From Paraspadella gotoi (lineage: Eukaryota; Animalia; Chaetognatha), in assembly GCA_051294375.1 (NCBI GenBank), contig JBJCIZ010000418.1:1-5017 (forward strand): 5,017 nucleotides of DNA, written 5' to 3'. Below, one piece after another: positions 1-5,017 of the stretch (positions within the stretch are counted from its first letter, which is position 1; the number at the start of each line of letters is the position of its first letter). The notes under the pieces were generated by a model. It was given only the letters and a program-made list of their open reading frames with translations, ran no database searches and had not been told where the DNA came from. Made by a program: the position numbers and the translations under genes.

Positions 1-63
1 GTTGTTGAGGAGAGATAGGTTTAAAAAAGTAAAATAAGCTCGGATTCATAACAAAAAGTTTAT

Positions 64-332
64 GTGACATTAAGAAATTAGTGGCTTAAAAACTGGGTCG
101 TCCGTTTTTGCAAATTCTTTTTGTGGATGGCCTCAATATTTTTGCTTTTTAATTTCGTCCTGGGAAAAAAAAAATCCTGGGAAATTCCATCGGCTGTTAA
201 CTAAACAGGAGTCCGGTGCTCTCCCCAATTGTAGTGTCTCAAAAAAACTTTTTTCATGTTCGACGCGGGCCGCGACGATACCAACGCGAACACGGCACTC
301 AATTTTTAAGCCACTTCTTTAGGTAATGCCGG
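64..332. repeat. Short degenerate inverted repeat (possible MITE remnant)
   Basis: AGTGGCTTAAAAA (80-92) is the exact reverse complement of TTTTTAAGCCACT (303-315). The match extends to 17/19 over 80-98 vs 297-315, with weaker similarity outward. No clear TSD. Confidence 0.35.
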
Positions 333-1828
333 TCTTTTTGTGTCCATCTAAGAAAGTTTGAAGAATTTCTGGAAATTTAAAGGTTTCCTCGAGAAAAAAC
401 ATTTTTTTTAAAATTGAACTTTACAAGATTTAACTTCTCTACAGATCTCGGCAATAAGCGATGGTGAGAGAAAAACCGTTATGACAACTTACGCCGCGAC
501 AGGAATAAAATATTGTCGGTTGATAGGCGCGCCCGAATAGCAGCGCAGATGGCTGACCGTATCCACTCGCTGCTGACATAATTTTCAGCATTTTTTGATG
601 TTTAGCGTCCGGCATGACTCATTCTGAATTGTTATCGTGGTCCGATTTTAGTGATGAAATCTCTGGATCTTTTATGATATCTGAGGGTATGGCACAGTTG
701 TCTTCCTGTAATCTTAAAAGCTTGATATTTAATTATGAAAAAGCTTTTTTAAAAAAAATATTTTACATTACTTTCAAATTTAAGTTTTCAAAATTAAATC
801 CAGTCTGTTTTTCTAATCAAATCTTTTTCTTGATTAGCCTTGACGGTCAAATCGTACTTGATCCCAGTCGCGCGATCCAAATTTTATAAATTGAGACGAA
901 ATCAATGAACAAATTCTGCGTCTTCGTCCCGTGCATCCTGTCTTTTTTGCATCTTTTGCAATGACTTTGTGTAAGAGCGAAACTTTTGCGACCCGGCCGC
1001 TCGCATAGAACTCCTTTCGTGGCAGAATTCGCCGATCAAAATAAGAGTCGTGCGTTATGGTATATTTTCTTTAATGCTAAATATTTAATGTAATGTAAAT
1101 AAAAATTGTTGTTGAAACTGAAATATTTCGCATTAAATCACAAAACACAACAAAAGAAGCGCTAAAGAACATCTCTGCCTTTTGGAGGTTCACATGGCGG
1201 AGTCTGAAAATGTTCCAGCCGCTTCGTAATATCAAACGGCACTCGGGTTTGCATTGTATTTATAGGAAAGAAAACCTTTAAAAAAATCGATTCATTAGAT
1301 ATAAATACTTAAATAAACAAAACTATAATATATTCTAGCTTTCTTTTTTTTGGCAAACTTCCTACGTTAAAATATTTATCAAATTAAAATGGTTTTTGAG
1401 AGTCACTTCCTGCGGTCTACGGAAATTTTCCGCGTTTAAAGATACTGATACAATGCAAATAAAAATCTTATATAAATATATTTTATAGGAATAAATCTAA
1501 TAAATCATAACATATCATTATAAAATTATTTTAAAATTAATTATAATCACAAGAAAATAAGGAAAATTGTCAAAAATCGATAAATTTGACGCTCGTGGCA
1601 CTTTGACGCCCCTGGGAGGAGGCGAGAGTGTATTAAAAAAAAAAGTTGCCCAAGGTTTTTTTTCATAAAGAACATTTAAATACGAACCAGAATGACACCT
1701 TTTTGAAGACATCTATGATCATTTTCGCGGAAAAAAATGTGCTTCTAGTAATTAGTTGCCAGTCATAAACAGTAGTTGTTGAAGATATTGAAATTCATCA
1801 TCAAGTTCGGGTTTTAAAAATCCAGAGA

Positions 1829-2210
1829 TGTTGGAGCCGGGCAGCGGAGCGGAGCTGGAGCCGCGCGGGAGCGGCCGGGGAAGAAAAGTGTGGATTGGAC
1901 CTCGGGAGCCGGGAGGCGGAGCGCGGGAGCCGGAATATAAATGCCCGTCTTCCGGGGCCGTATGGAGGGCTCGGTGCTAGCGGTCCGATGGGAGTGAAGA
2001 AAGGGCGTGAAGGCGAATATGAAGGATCTCAACTAATTATCTTAATATTATAGAAAAAAATATAAATAAACAAGAGGAGGGGCCGGGAAAGCAAGTAGGT
2101 GGGGGAGAACGACACACAGGGGGAGAAGGGGGAGGGGTACCCTGACTTATTGATCGTCGTCCGTTGACTTACTTTGTTTTCTCCTGCGTGGTTTCCTCCG
2201 CTTCCACACA
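1829..2210 (+). mobile_element. Candidate LTR of an LTR retrotransposon, with no partner LTR or ORF in the window
   Basis: Abrupt GC-rich block that begins TGTTGGAG and ends CTTCCACACA (imperfect TG...CA terminal inverted repeat). TATAAAT at 1936-1942 and AATAAA at 2065-2070. Two nt after the end comes TGGCGCGGTGATCTAGGA (2213-2230), a PBS-like TGG start. No TSD, second LTR or gag/pol seen. Confidence 0.35.
1833..1933 (+). repeat. GC-rich degenerate tandem repeats of GGAGC(C)G
   Basis: Repeated GGAGCCGG, GCGGAGC and GCGCGGGAGC units in two clusters (about 1833-1876 and 1904-1933), just upstream of the TATA-like box. Confidence 0.7.
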
Positions 2211-3564
2211 TGTGGCGCGGTGATCTAGGAGAGTGAAAGGTGTGGCGATCGGACTGAACCGCAGAGTCCGCACTGGGAATGAGTTGGCGATACGTGAGAA
2301 GTGACTACAGCACGCGATAGTATAAAATTCTCCATTGCCGTTCTCCATAAATAAGTCTATTCTTCGCCCCGATCTGACGTGGAAGGTGTCAGCGCGGCTC
2401 TGACGTCGTGGACTCAGAGCTGTTGGTAGTGCTAGTGTGGGAGTGGATACTCTATAAGAAATATAAGCTAAGAGTGAGAGTAATAATTCTTTCTCTTTGT
2501 TTACTCCTCATTGAAGCATTCTTTTCTATAAAACACAGCTTAATGCTTATGAAGCGATAAAAATTCTAGTCCATTACATCATGCGTTGGTGTACGTGCTC
2601 GAATATATCAGCGATAACCGTCGGTTGCCGCAGCTACCTGATTACAAAGGCCCCGACGAAGATACTTCTTCAATTATATTATTACTTTGATCAACAATAC
2701 GATAACTTATACTCATAATAAATACAAGCTCATAATGAATTAATGCAAATTATTTTGGCCTTACTAATGTCGCGTGTATGTTGCATATATACTTCGTCTG
2801 AGAGGTATATATTTTTGTTACATAGAGGGTTCGATAAGGATATGGTCGGCTCAGTTTAGAGTAGATGACAATGTAAATATAAATTACTTTTAATACTATC
2901 TCTACTTCTCGTATTTTTTAACATCTTTTATACCAGTCTACTAATCTCAGAAATATATTATACAAACATATGAAAGTTAGGGGTTTTGAATAAGGGGGAG
3001 CTTGGCCAGGGGAATAATTTCGGGGGATTAATAAGCTTCCCTACTTTCACTCCTGAATGGACTCTCCACTCATACCCGCGTACGCCGTCAGTTAATCTTA
3101 TCTTACTCTCTCGCTTAGGCTACATGATTTAGCGCAAACAGAGACCATCTTTTTTTAGCGGCTCAACTCCTAATGCGCTCCCTCTCTCTACTCTCATGGC
3201 CAACGCGCTGAAGAAGACACTCTGACACCCTAGTATTTTACCGCCTATCAACAGTGGGTGACACAGCAGCAGTCGCGCATGCCCTGGGCGCATAGCAAAA
3301 ACAATCGTCGATTCATTGCAAATGTGTTAATACAAATCGTTTTTTCCCATGTGAGAGACTTCTATTCCTCGTGTAATCAAAAACCTAATCATTTATTTAT
3401 CCAAATATATCGGGTATATTGGACTTGTTTGACTCTCTGACTTGGTACTGAGCGGAGAAAAGTTGTCTTCAAAATTGTATTTCATTTTAAAACTCCATTT
3501 TTTTAAAATCTGTTTATTTAGAGAAATGCAAAGTTTTTGAATGTGGTACAACTAATTTATTTGG

Positions 3565-3612
3565 AAATACGGACATGTTTCGGCCCACAATTTCGAGCCT
3601 TCATCAGCGTTT
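3565..3612 (-). ncRNA. Minimal type I hammerhead ribozyme, apparently intact (HHR1)
   Basis: Minus strand reads AAACG-CUGAUGA-A-GGCUCG(AAAUUG)UGGGCC-GAAA-CAUGUC^CGUAUUU. It has the conserved core, a 6-bp stem II, palindromic stem III ACAUGU, a GUC cleavage triplet (cut predicted between 3572 and 3571) and a short stem I (ACG/CGU). Confidence 0.85.
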
Positions 3613-3648
3613 GACATAAGGAAAAATATTTGTGCAAAAGAAGGGTGT

Positions 3649-3674
3649 GAGAGAGAGAGAGAGAGAGAGAGAGA
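3649..3674. repeat. (GA)13 microsatellite
   Basis: Perfect GA dinucleotide run inside the 3521-3918 insertion. Confidence 0.95.
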
Positions 3675-3776
3675 AAAAAGGTAAAGGTTTTCCAACAAAG
3701 TGGTGAGACAGAATAGTGGTCAGATGAGAGAACAGGCTGAAGTTAAGGACAGATTGAAAAAGAAATGAAATTTGTT

Positions 3777-3803
3777 AGAGAGAGAAAGAGAGAGAGAGAG
3801 AGA
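3777..3803. repeat. Interrupted (AG)n microsatellite
   Basis: AG run with one AA interruption. A short (TAAA)n run follows at about 3812-3826. Confidence 0.9.
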
Positions 3804-4429
3804 CAATAGGGATAAATAAATAAATATTAAAGATACATTTTTGTAAAGTACAACAAAAGTAAATGTGAATTTTGAAAAACTAAATGTCAGTAAGAGTTTA
3901 ACAATTATCTGGTTAGTTAATCTGTTTATTTAACTTTTTAATTATTTTTTTACAAAACTTTATATAAAAAGGTATCAATATTAATATCTTCTGAAAGCTC
4001 CTAAAATATAAAGAGATTGACATAATTAAAAATACTGTAATATTAAAATTAGCCTATCTAGCTTTAAGATAATTATTAAATTAAAAATTTTTAAAGAGCA
4101 GTTTTTGAATAATTATTAAATGATTGTTAGTTATTTTAATTTAGTTTTTCTTAAGATTTTTTATAATACTTATATAAACAATAAATCATAGTAAAATAGG
4201 TCAGATATTAAAAAAAATATTTTAGGATTTTATTATTTCAATTTGGATTATTTTGATTAAACTAAAGCTGGTTAGGCTTATTTTTATGTTTCAATATTCT
4301 TAAATATATTATTATATTTAAATTTTTAAGAGCTTTCAGAAGATATTATTATTGATACCTTTTTATATAAAAGTTCTTATTTGGAGAGAAAATTAAAATT
4401 TGTTATTTGATAATAATGATTTTGTTTTT

Positions 4430-4486
4430 ATTTAAATCGGACATGTTTCCACTCTAGGACTTCATAGTCTTCATCAGCATTTAAAT
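4430..4486 (-). ncRNA. Type I hammerhead motif with intact core and damaged stem II (HHR2)
   Basis: Minus strand: AUUUAAAUG-CUGAUGA-A-GACUAUGAAGUCCUAGAGUG-GAAA-CAUGUC^CGAUUUAAAU. Stem I is 9 bp with one bulge. The stem II closing G-C pair has become G.G. Confidence 0.7.
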
Positions 4487-4523
4487 TCACAAACGTTTCA
4501 GTTTTTAAATATTGAGTTTGTAA

Positions 4524-4580
4524 ATTTAAATGCTGATAAAGACTCGAAAGTTATAGAGTCGAAACATATCCAATTTAAAT
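4524..4580 (+). ncRNA. Degenerate type I hammerhead motif, probably inactive (HHR3)
   Basis: Plus strand: AUUUAAAUG-CUGAUAA-A-GACUC(GAAAGUUAUA)GAGUC-GAAA-CAUAUC^CAAUUUAAAU. Stem II is perfect, but G8 is changed to A (4538) and the stem III palindrome is broken (4568). AATAAA at 4578-4583. Confidence 0.65.
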
Positions 4581-5017
4581 AAAAACAAAATTATTATTGT
4601 CAAATAATGAATTTTCATTTTCTCTCTAAATAATTCAAAAAAACAATAAAAGAATGTAAAAGTTTTTTAAAAAATGTTTATAAAATTAAACAAAAAAATT
4701 GAAAAGATTTGTTTTAAAATGAAAGACAATTTTTAAAGCAACTTTTTCTTGGTCATTGCTAAGTCAAATCATAACCAATCAATATAAAATTTGGATATAT
4801 AAATGATTTAGGTTTTTACTATAGAAAAAATTTTTTAGATTAAAAATATCTTCACAAGTTTGCAAATGACAATTTTTTTTTAGCGGCGGGCTGTTGTGTG
4901 TCACCTTGTAACCCAGGCTTTTTTTTTATTTCTGAGCTTTAACCCAAACTCTCTTAACTCAAATAGCAATGTTGCCAGCGATTCACGCATGAGTCACAAT
5001 TGTTGTTCTAGTTGGTT

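Larger units (their letters stand above)
3521..3918 (-). mobile_element. 398-bp non-coding hammerhead-bearing retroelement insertion (Penelope-like pLTR fragment or retrozyme-like)
   Basis: Flanked by the perfect 14-bp direct repeat AATCTGTTTATTTA (3507-3520 and 3919-3932). Has no counterpart in the opposite foldback arm. On the minus strand it carries (TC)n tracts, then a hammerhead core, then AATAAA (3556-3561) near its 3' end. Confidence 0.75.
4376..4653. mobile_element. 278-bp palindromic hammerhead-bearing insertion (inverted Penelope-like pLTR pair with 3' ends outward)
   Basis: Ungapped inverted repeat 4377-4494 / 4516-4633 (118 bp; 16 mismatches by manual count, about 86%) with a 21-nt spacer and a 20-nt one-sided extension (4634-4653). 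Flanked by ATATAAAAGTT (4365-4375) and ATGTAAAAGTT (4654-4664). Host-arm homology resumes after 4664. Confidence 0.75.
3252..4908. mobile_element. Degenerate foldback/MITE-like DNA element with long inverted arms, each arm interrupted by a later insertion
   Basis: Colinear inverted matches: 3257-3265 vs 4897-4905 (GGTGACACA); 3379-3405 vs 4790-4817; 3457-3493 vs 4711-4748; 3956-4000 vs 4330-4375 (near-identical); inner match continuing to about 4066 vs 4263. The arms become continuous once the two TSD-flanked inserts are removed (about 400 and 360 bp, spacer about 195 bp). The right end reads TA-CAAGGTG on the minus strand, reminiscent of Tc1/mariner-type ends. Outer boundaries are approximate. 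Confidence 0.75.

Noticed and set aside
614-889. 91-aa ORF on +
   Set aside because: F/K/I/S-rich translation of A/T runs with no recognisable domain.
1168-1832. 10-bp inverted match AACATCTCTG / CAGAGATGTT, resembling hAT termini
   Set aside because: Wrong orientation for a CAG...CTG element, no extension and no 8-bp TSD.
1518-2211. Three 60-72 aa minus-strand ORFs
   Set aside because: Short and low-complexity. The Pro/Ala/Arg content simply reflects the GGAGCCG repeats and G-tracts.
2515-2717. Stop-free frame of about 67 codons after a pyrimidine tract (possible exon)
   Set aside because: No recognisable protein similarity or convincing splice structure, and the length is compatible with chance.
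2462-3125. About 18/23 inverted similarity (2462-2484 vs 3103-3125)
   Set aside because: Does not extend colinearly, and the sequence is purine/pyrimidine-biased.
3208-3236. CTGAAGA, a CUGANGA-type hammerhead half-core
   Set aside because: No stem II or GAAA/NUH follows.
3258-3440. 60-aa ORF on +
   Set aside because: GTG start, lies within a foldback arm and has no motif.
4377-4633. Hairpin interpreted as a pre-miRNA or selected dsRNA with G.U-biased mismatches
   Set aside because: Too long for a pre-miRNA. Mismatches are mostly transitions compatible with G.U on either strand, as expected from neutral decay.
1-5017. CRISPR array, tRNA/rRNA or prokaryotic operon
   Set aside because: No repeat-spacer periodicity, cloverleaf, rRNA motif or coding density.

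Overview
AT-rich, non-coding, eukaryote-like repeat-rich DNA. Undepleted CpG in an AT-rich background suggests an insect, possibly hymenopteran (inference only). None of the five short ORFs looks like a real gene. The main structure is a nested mobile-element complex at about 3252-4908. A degenerate foldback/MITE-like element of about 0.95 kb carries one insertion in each arm, each flanked by a candidate target-site duplication (3521-3918 and 4376-4653). Both insertions contain minimal type I hammerhead ribozyme motifs (CUGAUGA-A-stem II-GAAA-CAUGUC with a palindromic stem III), the form known from Penelope-like retroelement pseudo-LTRs. One copy looks intact (3565-3612, minus strand). Two mutated copies form a 118-bp-arm inverted repeat (4377-4633). 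Upstream there is a weaker LTR-like segment (1829-2210) followed by a PBS-like motif, two G-tract clusters, a hairpin plus CTAG motif and a small degenerate inverted repeat.
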